Shown here: one piece after another, positions 8,882 through 19,553 of the stretch
Numbering within the stretch: the stretch's first letter is position 1
Layout: each line of letters opens with the position of its first letter
Origin: a virus
Lineage: Duplodnaviria > Caudoviricetes
Strand: one strand, 5' to 3'
Virus record (IMG/VR): IMGVR_UViG_3300028886_000003
Location: 32,001 to 96,000 of that record
DNA: 64,000 nucleotides
Made by a program: the position numbers and the translations under genes
Notes under the pieces: generated by a model
The model's input: the letters and a program-made list of their open reading frames with translations, nothing else
Told to the model about the DNA's origin: nothing
Database searches by the model: none

Positions 8882-11572
8882 ATGGATATTGATGAAATAA
8901 AATTGTATACTCATAAAACAAAAGAAATAAAAGTAATAAATAAAAATAAACATTCATTATATAAATATGTTGTTTTAAAAATAAATGGCGACAAATGGAT
9001 GGTAAGAGATGATGAAACCATTCGTTTTAGCTTATCACCAACCGATGATTTTATTGATCACCAACAAATTGAAAAAGATTACTATTGTTATATTCCTAAT
9101 ATTTTAAATAATGAATTTTTAATATATGTACATTTTTTTCCATCTGATTTATATATTTACGAAATGTTAGATGACCTTGTATCAGAGTATGATTTTGAAA
9201 CACTAATGCAAGATGCAATAATTGAGTCAGAATATTACGAACAAGAATTTGACGAAAGTGGTAGATTAATTATTCAATCCACCGATTCAAATAGTATAAA
9301 TAATGTGCATAACCCTAATTATAAAAATTATACCAATGTTAATCCAAATATTAATAAAACTGGACAGGGATTTTTCCCATTGTCTAGTAGATATAGAACT
9401 TATCAAAATTGGCAAGTGCCTAATATTGAAAACCCAAGCCCAGAATGGAACATAACAAATAATAAAAATCCTTTTTGGCAAGCAAGAATTCCTTTTAATG
9501 ACTTAAATACTCCTACTAATGTTTTTATTAATTATGAATACTTACCAACATCAAGAGAATACCATCAGCATTACTTTGGTTTTGAACCAAAAGATATGAC
9601 TATTCTAAATAATGATTGTAAAACTCTTAATGTATTTGAAGGAACTAATATTAATCTATTAGATGATAAATTTGGGAGTAAAAAAAATTATCGTATTATT
9701 AACTTAGGAAATCCTTATGATGATACTTATAGCATGCTTGTTGAGCATGGTCAAACTATACCTGTTGATTTTGATAATTTAATACAATACAATAAAAATA
9801 CACAGATGTGTAGATGGAAAAAACATAAATGCAAAAATTATTATATTTATACTCCAGTTAATAATGATAATAACCCTCATTATTGTTATAGAGAAATTTC
9901 ATTAGAAAAAGATTCTTATTACAGTTTATTATACTATATCTATATTCCTTCTCAAACTAATATTAAAAATGAGGAAGGATATATTGATGTTGAAGTAGAT
10001 AATGTTAGTCATAAAATTGATGAAGGATTTCTTTTTAAAGACAAGCAATTACGAGATCAATGGATTTATCATGAAGTACCTTTTATTGCTGGTGATAAAA
10101 ATATAATAAAAATTTTTGGTCCACAAAAATATGATGAAAATAGTGATTATCCAAATTCTATTTATTTCCACTATTTAGAACTAAAGAAATTAGAGCAATA
10201 TTCTCCAACACTTAAATATACTGATATTGGATTAAATGTTACAGAGCAAAATCAGAAAATTTTTAGACCATTAGATAATAAGCCATGTACAAAAGTATCT
10301 ATTAATCCTGATAATAAAACTTATGAACCAAGTATTAAAGAATTTAGTACACCACACAGTAATATAAATATTGTATCAAAAGATGAAAAATATGTTTATT
10401 ATGATAAATATACAAGTGATCTTATATATGTAACGGATTCAGATGATGGAGCAATTGATTATATTGAAGAAACTAGTGATTTAATTTTTCCTGGTAATGA
10501 AGATATTAATTTTTATATTAATGATTATTCTTTATACTGTGATAGTAATAGAAAAATTACAGGAGTATATGGCCCAAATAATATCTTCTCTTTCGATTTT
10601 GTTGATGAAAATGATAATTTTATAAAAGAGGGAGAAGTTGAGGTAAGTATTTTAACACAAAAAGATAAAAGTATTGATAATAAAGGATTGCGTGTAACAC
10701 GAAGTTTTGTTCCAGTAACTGGCTCTATGGTTTTTAATAATGTTGATTTAACCTCTTTAAAACAAGATAATGATACTGATGAATATTTTATAAGATTATA
10801 TTATACTTCTAAATGCTTAGATGAACCTATAATTGTATTTAAAAAATTATATATGTATGATGAAGAGATTAGTATAAATAAAATAAAAATAAATGATACT
10901 GAATATAATGTTGAAGAAATTACAGAATATGTTATCGATGATGTACATGACTTCCCACTAAAAATAGAAGTACAATCTATCAATCAAAATAATGGAATAC
11001 AAACAGAAGGATATTATGAATTATCTATTAACGATGAATTAAATCAAAGCACTTTGATAGATAATGGGTGGGGTGATTTTTACCTACGGCAAGATGATCT
11101 TCAAATAGGAACACAAACAATTAAAATATCATATTATAGAAAAAATTATAGCTCATTAGCTTTTGTATATTTTAATATAAAAGTTGATAATTTAAAAAAT
11201 TTACAAGATTATGTTCCTATCGATTTAAAAATATTTAAAGATGGATTTACACAAGCATTACCATTAAATGACACAATTGAAGTAGAAAGTGATGATTGTG
11301 CATTATCAGTTATTGAAACAAAAAATCATAGTAAATTTAGAATAGAAGTATATCGTAATGATAAATTAATTATCAAAAAGAATATTTATAATCCAGTTGC
11401 ATCAGATATTAGTTTTGTGCACGCCGAATGGGATGAATGGCAAGAGCATGACCAATATACTTTCAAAATTGTTACAGGCAATATGTATGATGACAGTGGA
11501 AATATTATTCAAGACTTATATCGTGATTATGAGCGAACATTTGTAATTAGAAAAATACCAAAACCGATTTAA
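8882..11572 (+). CDS. Large virion structural/adhesin-like protein
   Basis: 896 aa, beta-rich, within structural operon. Confidence 0.45.
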   Translation: MDIDEIKLYTHKTKEIKVINKNKHSLYKYVVLKINGDKWMVRDDETIRFSLSPTDDFIDHQQIEKDYYCYIPNILNNEFLIYVHFFPSDLYIYEMLDDLVSEYDFETLMQDAIIESEYYEQEFDESGRLIIQSTDSNSINNVHNPNYKNYTNVNPNINKTGQGFFPLSSRYRTYQNWQVPNIENPSPEWNITNNKNPFWQARIPFNDLNTPTNVFINYEYLPTSREYHQHYFGFEPKDMTILNNDCKTLNVFEGTNINLLDDKFGSKKNYRIINLGNPYDDTYSMLVEHGQTIPVDFDNLIQYNKNTQMCRWKKHKCKNYYIYTPVNNDNNPHYCYREISLEKDSYYSLLYYIYIPSQTNIKNEEGYIDVEVDNVSHKIDEGFLFKDKQLRDQWIYHEVPFIAGDKNIIKIFGPQKYDENSDYPNSIYFHYLELKKLEQYSPTLKYTDIGLNVTEQNQKIFRPLDNKPCTKVSINPDNKTYEPSIKEFSTPHSNINIVSKDEKYVYYDKYTSDLIYVTDSDDGAIDYIEETSDLIFPGNEDINFYINDYSLYCDSNRKITGVYGPNNIFSFDFVDENDNFIKEGEVEVSILTQKDKSIDNKGLRVTRSFVPVTGSMVFNNVDLTSLKQDNDTDEYFIRLYYTSKCLDEPIIVFKKLYMYDEEISINKIKINDTEYNVEEITEYVIDDVHDFPLKIEVQSINQNNGIQTEGYYELSINDELNQSTLIDNGWGDFYLRQDDLQIGTQTIKISYYRKNYSSLAFVYFNIKVDNLKNLQDYVPIDLKIFKDGFTQALPLNDTIEVESDDCALSVIETKNHSKFRIEVYRNDKLIIKKNIYNPVASDISFVHAEWDEWQEHDQYTFKIVTGNMYDDSGNIIQDLYRDYERTFVIRKIPKPI

Positions 11573-11626
11573 ATATATTAGAAAATAGATATGCCTATAA
11601 TATTTATACAATATGAGGCATATTAA

Positions 11627-14600
11627 ATGGCAGATAAGATATATATTTATCCTAAAAAAATTCAAACAAGTACTGGGCAATCTATTGAACATAATACTCA
11701 GAAAATTACAAATCCTAGTTTTTTATGCTCTTCAAATCAATCTTTAGCATATTGGGGAGTTAAAAATCCAACATATGTTGGAAATTATTTACGTAATTAT
11801 TACGATAGTGTTACAAGTATCACTGGATCTTATTATAAGCCTGAACCAATATATGCCATCTCTTGGGATATTGATGAATTATCTAGTGATGATAAAATTA
11901 ATAGTATCATAGTACAATACAAATGGGAGCAAATAAGTTACTCATGTGGTACTAATGCTTGTTATGGAGATTTTGATAAACCAACTATATCTATTATTTA
12001 TGATGGAAAAGTTATTGCAAGTGGTAAAGGATCTAAGCCTGACGCAGTACGTTACAATAATAACAAAACAAATGAAGAAAAAATGAATGTAAATTCTGCT
12101 GAATTATCTACTTTACATTCACAAACTTTTAAGATTCCTGAAAAATATAATTTAACTGCCAAAAAATTAAAAGATGTAAAAATAAAATTTGCCCCTGCAA
12201 AAAATACCTCACATAATCATTGCCGTATTGTTATGCAATTTTTACGTATGAAAGTAGATTATACACCATATGTAAAACAAGTTGAAACAGTTCCTAATTA
12301 TAGAGTTAATAGTGCTTATATTTCTGCAAGAGAGCCAGATCGATATAATCCTACTATTACTTGTAACTCAGAACATGTAGAATTTTCTTATTTTTGTTCC
12401 ATTAGAAATAGTAATAAATATAATAAAAATACTACTTGTAAATTTACTATACCTGATGATATTACTGTTATTGAAGCTAAGCCTTATAATGGTGATTATG
12501 ATTATTCAACTAATACATGGAATATACCAAGCTTTGAAGGATATAAAACATATATACAATTGGTATGTAGCTGCAGTAATGTTGGAAGTAAAAAAATAAT
12601 AGCTAATATTAATCAGTATGCTGATTCAATTAATAAGAGTAAAGAATGTAGTTTTGAAGTAAAAAAAATTGAAGATAGTTTTGAATGGAATGTTTCAATT
12701 GATGGAGATAATGCTCCATATATATATAATGGAAAAGATTCATTGAAAAAACGTTTAAGGGTAGATATTCATAGAATATGTGATTCTAATCGTCAAGAAA
12801 ATGTTATTATTGATACACAAAATTGGATTACAGAAAATATATGGCGTGTTAGTAATGATGAAAGTAATTACGATTACAATAATATTAAATATTTAGGCGA
12901 AGGAAAATGGGAATTTAAAAATATTATTGGTAAAGATATTGCAATTATTAGTAATAAAAATGGAGCATATCCTACTTTAAATCCTGGAGAATATCATATA
13001 ACTGTAACACATCAAGAAAGTAGAAAAAAAGATGAAGTAAAAAATATTGATATTTATGTAACTTATGATAAATTACCAATGGATTATTTTAAATTAAGAC
13101 TTGAAGATGGTTCTGATATTAGATATAATTCATTTATAGTGTCAGAGGGAGATGATTTACAGTTCCCAATTACATATGAACCTCTTCCTGATAATCTTGC
13201 CGATAATATTACTATTTATGGAGAGGATAAACGTATTCCTGTAAGTGAAGCAAGATATGTTACATATACAATTGATAGTAAAGTAAATTTAAAAAATGTA
13301 TTATGTGAAATAGAGGTTATTGGATCAAATTATATTGAAGAAGAAGGTCAAACTTATTATTCTGATAGTTCTGAAATAATTATTGGTGTTGATAATCAAG
13401 CTGAATTATTAACAGGTATTGATAAAAAATTCTGTGTTATTAATGAAATAAAAGCAGATGAAAGTAAGAAAATTCAATTTATAGTTCAGTCTGATATGGA
13501 ACAAGATTGTGTTTTTAAATTAAATTTGTTAGGTTATAATGAAAAATATGAAACTAAGGATTGGAAGCCTGCTAATATTATTTTTAAAGATGTACCTAAT
13601 GTAAAATTATCAATAGATGTTAATGATGATGATTTATCTATTCCTGATAATGATACAATTGAAGTGCAATATATTATTGAAAATCAATCAATGGTAGATG
13701 GTACAGATATAAAATTCCAACTAAAAGAACCATCATCTTTTAAAGTTCAAAACTTTGACTATAAAGGATCACAAGTTAAATATGCACTTTATCAACCACC
13801 AAATGAAGAAAGATTACCACAAGAACCTATCTTTGACCCATATAAAAGAATAATAACTTTCCCAACTTTATGGGGGAAAAAATATTCAGAATTACAACAA
13901 TCATATGTTACACAAAAACATATTTTAAAAATAGTATACAAAGCTACACAAAAAGGTATTTATAACCTCAAATTAGAAACACTTGATGATAAAAATACTT
14001 TTGAAGATGATCAACAAAAAAATAGTACAACAAAAAGAATTATAGTTGATACATCTAGTAAAATTAAAGTAAAAACATCTGTTAATAACAATACTCCTTT
14101 TGTTAATGAATTAATTGATTATAAAATTAGTTTCAAAAATTATATAAAATCCCAAGATAATATTAAATTTATTATTAAAGATATTGGTAATTACGATGAT
14201 TTACATGAAACAAATGATTATAAATTAGAATATGATTTAAAAACAAAAGGTAAATTAAAAACAAAATTTAATAACAATAATATAGGAATATGGAAAATTA
14301 AACAAGTAGATGTAAATGAAGAGCAAGAATTAACCCTAACATTAAGACCGCAACAATTAGGGTATCATATAATTGAAGCAACCTTAATTGATAATGATGG
14401 ACAAAAAGAAACCTTTTCCAATATTGTTAATGTACTTGAGCCTAATAAACAAATAGATTTTAATGTTTATCATGCTGTAGGAACAACAAAAGATACTGAC
14501 TGTTCTGATTTCGACAATATTATTGAAATTTGTGATAATGATTATATTGATTTAGGAGATACTTTATTTTATGTATGTGAAGTAAAAAACAACAATAGAA

Positions 14601-17600
14601 ATACAATTGAAGATACAACACATGTATACATAAGATTAAATGATAGCTTCTTAGATAATGATATAATATGTAGCACTCATAATATCACAAGACAAGATAA
14701 TAATCTTCTACATATTCGTATTCCTCAAATTGGTGGTTGCCAAACTGAAAAAATTTGTTTCAAGATTCAACCATCTAAAATTGGTACTTATATAAGTAAT
14801 TTTATGTTAAGCAATCGTAATGCACATATATATCATAAAAAACTAACTATTAATGTTGATACAGAATTTAATCAAAAAAAATTAGAACACGAAATTACCA
14901 TTTACAATTTTGAAAAAACAAACCATTACTTCAGATATGAGCTTGATGGTAATAATGATATTTTTAAATTCTTCAACAGAGGAGCAGATAAATCATTAAG
15001 ATTAGTAGATATTGAAAATTATGAAAATGGAAGTATTGAAACATATAGAGGGTCTAATATTAAAAAACTTATTAGAGATATATCTAATAATTCAAAATAT
15101 GTTGAACCTGAATTATTAAACATAGGTAATAATAAATTAGCTCCAAAAGGATATGAAATATATCCTGATGGTTTTATACGAAGATTTGGATTATTAAACT
15201 CAGAAGTATTTCATTATACTGGTCAATTACCTACAATAAGTTTCTTAGTAGATAGAGCTATGAGATGGAATCAAGATAATTGGGATGAAAAATTTTGGGC
15301 TGGTGATGATTATGATAATGGTGTTTTTGATTTAACTATTGATTATAATAAAATACCTACTAATTTCAATATCTTAGAGGTAGAGAATCCAATTAAAAAT
15401 TTACAAGCACTTGTTGATAAAACAAAACCATATGGTACAAAAGCATTATGTTATTATTCAACAAAATTATATTTAGATTTAAAAGTTGATGCTCAATTAT
15501 ATGATTTTGAAATTGGAGCAAATGCTAGTTTGTTTAATAAATTAAAAAAGCTTGGACTAATCTCGTTATATCATAAACATGACAAAAGTATAGCAGCTAT
15601 TTATGATTTGTTTGAATTTGGATTAAAAACTAATATGGACTTATATGAATTAGTAGAATTATCAAAAGCGAAAAATGAATATACTAATCAATATAAAGCA
15701 GAACCATATAATAACTTAGGATTAGCAACTAATACAATGCTTGTAGCAGAAGTATTTGATCAACAATATTCAAAAAAATATATTAATGAATGCTATGATA
15801 TTGTAAATATGCTTTATAGTCATAATTCAAATATTTCCAATATAGACATTATAAAAGACTACAATTATAAAGAAAATCATTCAAATAATAATTTCGCATT
15901 AATGCTAAATGAAATTTATAGTTTTGAATATACAGATAAAGATACAACATCTATTTTTATTGATGATAAAAAATATGAAATAAAATGTATTGAAGATGAT
16001 TTAGAGCAATTTATTGGTTTTAAAATTACACAAGATGATAAAGAATTATTTAGTACAAATTTCTATACTAACATTTCAAAATATAATATTCAAATACAAA
16101 TGTGTGATATTCCTAATGTTAATAATAAGTATATTGTTCATATTTTTTCAAGTATTAATGAAAAACCATATGTACATATTGGATATATAATAATTGATAT
16201 ACATAATGAGATTATAATACAACCAAGTGAATACAATTCATATTCATATGATACTAATGATCAAAAAATTAAATTTAGAATATCAGACAATATAAAAACA
16301 TTAAAAGAATCAGTAAGTAAAGTAGTACAATTTGATAAAACATATAAGTGGAAAGGATTAAACAATATTACTAATAATAATAAATATGCTTATATTGAAA
16401 ATAATATCGATATTGATAAAGAATGTAAAGAAACTGAAGTTAAAACACCAACAATTGGTTTAAAATATGATAAATTTAATCTTAGCAACCAAGATGAAAT
16501 TATAGATATTGGTGTTAAAATTAAAGCAAAAACAAACAAAGAAAACTTTTTAGATGATGTTAGAATAAATCTTTATCAAAATGGTGATTACTATATTCCT
16601 GAAAATAATATAGCAAGAAAAATACACTACCCTCAATCAGTACAAAATATGTATGATGATTATGTAAATACTATTTTTGTACAACAACCTAATATTACTA
16701 TTTGTTCACATTGTATGCATACTCATATCGGTTTACTTGATTATTGTCCAGATTGTCAATCTGATCAAGTATCCCAGTATGATGAAAAAAAATCTGTTAC
16801 AATATGTAGAAATCCTGAATGTGAATGGATTACAGATGATTGGCATGATTATTGTCCTCATTGTTTATCAAAGGATGTTGAAAAAACAAAGGTTGATTTT
16901 AATAGGACATATTGTTTTGATTGTCAAGTTGTTTTCAATGATTATTATCCTGTATGTCCTAAATGTGGTAAAAAAAATATTGTTCATACAAATAAAGATG
17001 AACAAAAGTATGTGATTGCTGGTAGTGAAAAAGAAAATATTGATAAGATAACTATACATAGTGATACAAATCGTGTAAACATTTGTAATTTAGAAATCAA
17101 AGTACAGGATGTTATTGATAAATATAAATTATTTGATACTTTAAAATTACATTTAAAAGGTCAGAATTATAATAATGGGCATTTTTACTATTGTCCTTCT
17201 TGTGAGAAAATTTTCTTAGATGATCATAATCATTGTCCGTATTGTAATAATAAAAATATTGAAGAATATAGTGATTTTAATAATACAAATATATATGTAT
17301 ATATACAAGATGGTAGTTCAATAAGTGAGATAAAAATAGATGAAGAATATGGTCAATTAAAAGATAGTTTTGATGTTCCAATTGATATATTATCAATTGT
17401 TGATAGCATTAAACAACCAAGTTTTAGTCTATTGATATATGCTGAAAATTTATTATATGATAATGTTAATAATCTCATTGAAGAATTAGACACAGACGAG
17501 GAAAGTTATGATTTGTATGTAAATAATCTCCCAGTAATGAACCTAACCTTAGATAACATTTATTATGAACAACAATACAAAGGAGAAACAGAATGGGAAG

Positions 17601-19039
17601 GATTAGATAAACTACAATATGCTAATCATACAGGTATCAAATATAGTACAGATAACGAAGAAACAACAAGATATATTCGATTTGATGACTTTGATATACA
17701 ATCAGATGAATATAATCATTTATATTTAACAATTGCTGGAATCAATAAATCAAGCAAACATATAAGTCTAACAATAAATGTTAACACAAAAAATACAGAC
17801 ACAGAAGAACATGTAATATCAGGAATTGAACCTGACTTATTTGAAGAAAAAATTGATTTATTTAATTTTATGAAAATAAAACAAGTGCAAGATATTTCAA
17901 TACAAATACAATTTACAGATTTAGAAGAACAATCAGAAATTATAATTACACATGTATCATTAACAACAGAAAAAGAACAAAACAAAAACATATTATATGG
18001 AAATACAAAAACACAAGACTATCATATAGCAAATGAAAATGATACTTATTTGTTTACTACATATGATATTTTCAATATAATTAATAATCATCCATTTTAT
18101 ATTGATAATAGATTATTGGATACAAATTTAGTATGTTATTTAGATTTCGGATATTTACATAATCAAGAATATATACGTTTGTATGATGTAGAATTGGTTA
18201 TATTATATAAAAATAAATATGGAAAAATGATTACAGAATATATAGACTTATATGATGAGCAATACGATAAACAATTATCTAATGCTAAAATACAAAAAAA
18301 TGATGCTGAAATTTGGGGAGCAATACAAACATCAGTTAATACATTAAATAATTTAGAATCTCAAATATTTAATAATGTTGAAGAAGAGGATTTACAATCA
18401 ACTTCTTTGAAAAAAGAATTATTACAATCATTTACAACATTAACAAACGATATAAGTCAAATTAGATTAGATTACGATGGTTATATTGGATATCCAAGCG
18501 ATATGATTACAGTACAAATATTTGATAATTATCAAAATAAACCTGATAATCTTTTATTCTCAAATACTATTATGACACCATCAACAAAAGACGAAATGTG
18601 TATAGATATTAATTTAGACAATATTGCACAAGGTAAATATTGGATTAAACTAATAGATGAAGAAGCTGATGATAATAATTATCATAAATTTTGTCATAAT
18701 AGAAATTTAGATATTGGTAACCTTATAATACAAGATAAAAATGGAAAATACCAATATGATGAAAATAAAGTATTAAGTTTTGCTGTTGACTCACATAGTG
18801 ATATACAACAGTATTATAATACACCGACAACAATAGATGTTGATAATATTTTAGATTTCAAAACATGCTATACTTTGTATAGATATAATACACAAAGTAA
18901 TAGTAATGCTTATATTTCTGATATAAAAAATGAATTAGGATATTTACAATACACTGATCAAAATGATATTGAAATAGAGGATACTTATGATGCAGAAGAA
19001 CTTCAAGATCAAAGCGACACAGATATTACAAATTCATAA
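11627..19039 (+). CDS. Giant baseplate/tail protein (2470 aa) with DUF11-like Ig domains and zinc ribbons
   Basis: DUF11-like G.Y...TNTWNI and G.WKI...L.L motifs; four CxxC-x-CPxC units. Confidence 0.55.
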   Translation: MADKIYIYPKKIQTSTGQSIEHNTQKITNPSFLCSSNQSLAYWGVKNPTYVGNYLRNYYDSVTSITGSYYKPEPIYAISWDIDELSSDDKINSIIVQYKWEQISYSCGTNACYGDFDKPTISIIYDGKVIASGKGSKPDAVRYNNNKTNEEKMNVNSAELSTLHSQTFKIPEKYNLTAKKLKDVKIKFAPAKNTSHNHCRIVMQFLRMKVDYTPYVKQVETVPNYRVNSAYISAREPDRYNPTITCNSEHVEFSYFCSIRNSNKYNKNTTCKFTIPDDITVIEAKPYNGDYDYSTNTWNIPSFEGYKTYIQLVCSCSNVGSKKIIANINQYADSINKSKECSFEVKKIEDSFEWNVSIDGDNAPYIYNGKDSLKKRLRVDIHRICDSNRQENVIIDTQNWITENIWRVSNDESNYDYNNIKYLGEGKWEFKNIIGKDIAIISNKNGAYPTLNPGEYHITVTHQESRKKDEVKNIDIYVTYDKLPMDYFKLRLEDGSDIRYNSFIVSEGDDLQFPITYEPLPDNLADNITIYGEDKRIPVSEARYVTYTIDSKVNLKNVLCEIEVIGSNYIEEEGQTYYSDSSEIIIGVDNQAELLTGIDKKFCVINEIKADESKKIQFIVQSDMEQDCVFKLNLLGYNEKYETKDWKPANIIFKDVPNVKLSIDVNDDDLSIPDNDTIEVQYIIENQSMVDGTDIKFQLKEPSSFKVQNFDYKGSQVKYALYQPPNEERLPQEPIFDPYKRIITFPTLWGKKYSELQQSYVTQKHILKIVYKATQKGIYNLKLETLDDKNTFEDDQQKNSTTKRIIVDTSSKIKVKTSVNNNTPFVNELIDYKISFKNYIKSQDNIKFIIKDIGNYDDLHETNDYKLEYDLKTKGKLKTKFNNNNIGIWKIKQVDVNEEQELTLTLRPQQLGYHIIEATLIDNDGQKETFSNIVNVLEPNKQIDFNVYHAVGTTKDTDCSDFDNIIEICDNDYIDLGDTLFYVCEVKNNNRNTIEDTTHVYIRLNDSFLDNDIICSTHNITRQDNNLLHIRIPQIGGCQTEKICFKIQPSKIGTYISNFMLSNRNAHIYHKKLTINVDTEFNQKKLEHEITIYNFEKTNHYFRYELDGNNDIFKFFNRGADKSLRLVDIENYENGSIETYRGSNIKKLIRDISNNSKYVEPELLNIGNNKLAPKGYEIYPDGFIRRFGLLNSEVFHYTGQLPTISFLVDRAMRWNQDNWDEKFWAGDDYDNGVFDLTIDYNKIPTNFNILEVENPIKNLQALVDKTKPYGTKALCYYSTKLYLDLKVDAQLYDFEIGANASLFNKLKKLGLISLYHKHDKSIAAIYDLFEFGLKTNMDLYELVELSKAKNEYTNQYKAEPYNNLGLATNTMLVAEVFDQQYSKKYINECYDIVNMLYSHNSNISNIDIIKDYNYKENHSNNNFALMLNEIYSFEYTDKDTTSIFIDDKKYEIKCIEDDLEQFIGFKITQDDKELFSTNFYTNISKYNIQIQMCDIPNVNNKYIVHIFSSINEKPYVHIGYIIIDIHNEIIIQPSEYNSYSYDTNDQKIKFRISDNIKTLKESVSKVVQFDKTYKWKGLNNITNNNKYAYIENNIDIDKECKETEVKTPTIGLKYDKFNLSNQDEIIDIGVKIKAKTNKENFLDDVRINLYQNGDYYIPENNIARKIHYPQSVQNMYDDYVNTIFVQQPNITICSHCMHTHIGLLDYCPDCQSDQVSQYDEKKSVTICRNPECEWITDDWHDYCPHCLSKDVEKTKVDFNRTYCFDCQVVFNDYYPVCPKCGKKNIVHTNKDEQKYVIAGSEKENIDKITIHSDTNRVNICNLEIKVQDVIDKYKLFDTLKLHLKGQNYNNGHFYYCPSCEKIFLDDHNHCPYCNNKNIEEYSDFNNTNIYVYIQDGSSISEIKIDEEYGQLKDSFDVPIDILSIVDSIKQPSFSLLIYAENLLYDNVNNLIEELDTDEESYDLYVNNLPVMNLTLDNIYYEQQYKGETEWEGLDKLQYANHTGIKYSTDNEETTRYIRFDDFDIQSDEYNHLYLTIAGINKSSKHISLTINVNTKNTDTEEHVISGIEPDLFEEKIDLFNFMKIKQVQDISIQIQFTDLEEQSEIIITHVSLTTEKEQNKNILYGNTKTQDYHIANENDTYLFTTYDIFNIINNHPFYIDNRLLDTNLVCYLDFGYLHNQEYIRLYDVELVILYKNKYGKMITEYIDLYDEQYDKQLSNAKIQKNDAEIWGAIQTSVNTLNNLESQIFNNVEEEDLQSTSLKKELLQSFTTLTNDISQIRLDYDGYIGYPSDMITVQIFDNYQNKPDNLLFSNTIMTPSTKDEMCIDINLDNIAQGKYWIKLIDEEADDNNYHKFCHNRNLDIGNLIIQDKNGKYQYDENKVLSFAVDSHSDIQQYYNTPTTIDVDNILDFKTCYTLYRYNTQSNSNAYISDIKNELGYLQYTDQNDIEIEDTYDAEELQDQSDTDITNS

Positions 19040-19139
19040 TGATGATACAAATGAAACTGAATATTTAATCGAAAAAGATGGTGAATGGGTAAAAATTACT
19101 GAAGATAAATATGAACAAATAAGAGGTAAAGTATGTTAG
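18987..19139 (+). CDS. Small overlapping gene (50 aa, MMQKNFKIK...GKVC), not in ORF track
   Basis: GAGG RBS at 18977-18980, ATG 18987, TAG 19137-19139; bridges two structural genes. Confidence 0.5.
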   Translation: MMQKNFKIKATQILQIHNDDTNETEYLIEKDGEWVKITEDKYEQIRGKVC

Positions 19140-19543
19140 AAAAATATATTACAGAAGAAGGTAAAAAACATTGGCTTAAATTAGGTTTTTTAACCGATGA
19201 TAATTCAAGTAACTTTAATTATGTAGCTCTAGGTGTTTCAGACAGTAGTGCAGCAATTAATAATGGACAAGGCTTTACAGAAGCTAATGGAAATGATTAT
19301 GCTCGTGTACAATTTGTAGAAGAAAATCAAATAGACAATACTGGAACATCAATTACACTTTCAGCTACTTTTGATAGTACAAACTTTAATCCATCTGAAC
19401 CAGTTACTATATCAGAGATAGGAATTGTTAATCAGGACATTGCAAATAACAATGATGTATTTTTTGCTTATATGAGTGTACCAACAATTGAAAAAAGCTC
19501 TAATGTTAGTCTTAAGTATACTGTAATCATTGGATTAGAATAG
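19133..19543 (+). CDS. Baseplate/tail-collar-like protein
   Basis: ITEEG...YVALG...ISEIGI motif pattern of phage baseplate/fibre attachment proteins. Confidence 0.6.
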   Translation: MLEKYITEEGKKHWLKLGFLTDDNSSNFNYVALGVSDSSAAINNGQGFTEANGNDYARVQFVEENQIDNTGTSITLSATFDSTNFNPSEPVTISEIGIVNQDIANNNDVFFAYMSVPTIEKSSNVSLKYTVIIGLE

Positions 19544-19553
19544 AGGTAATATT

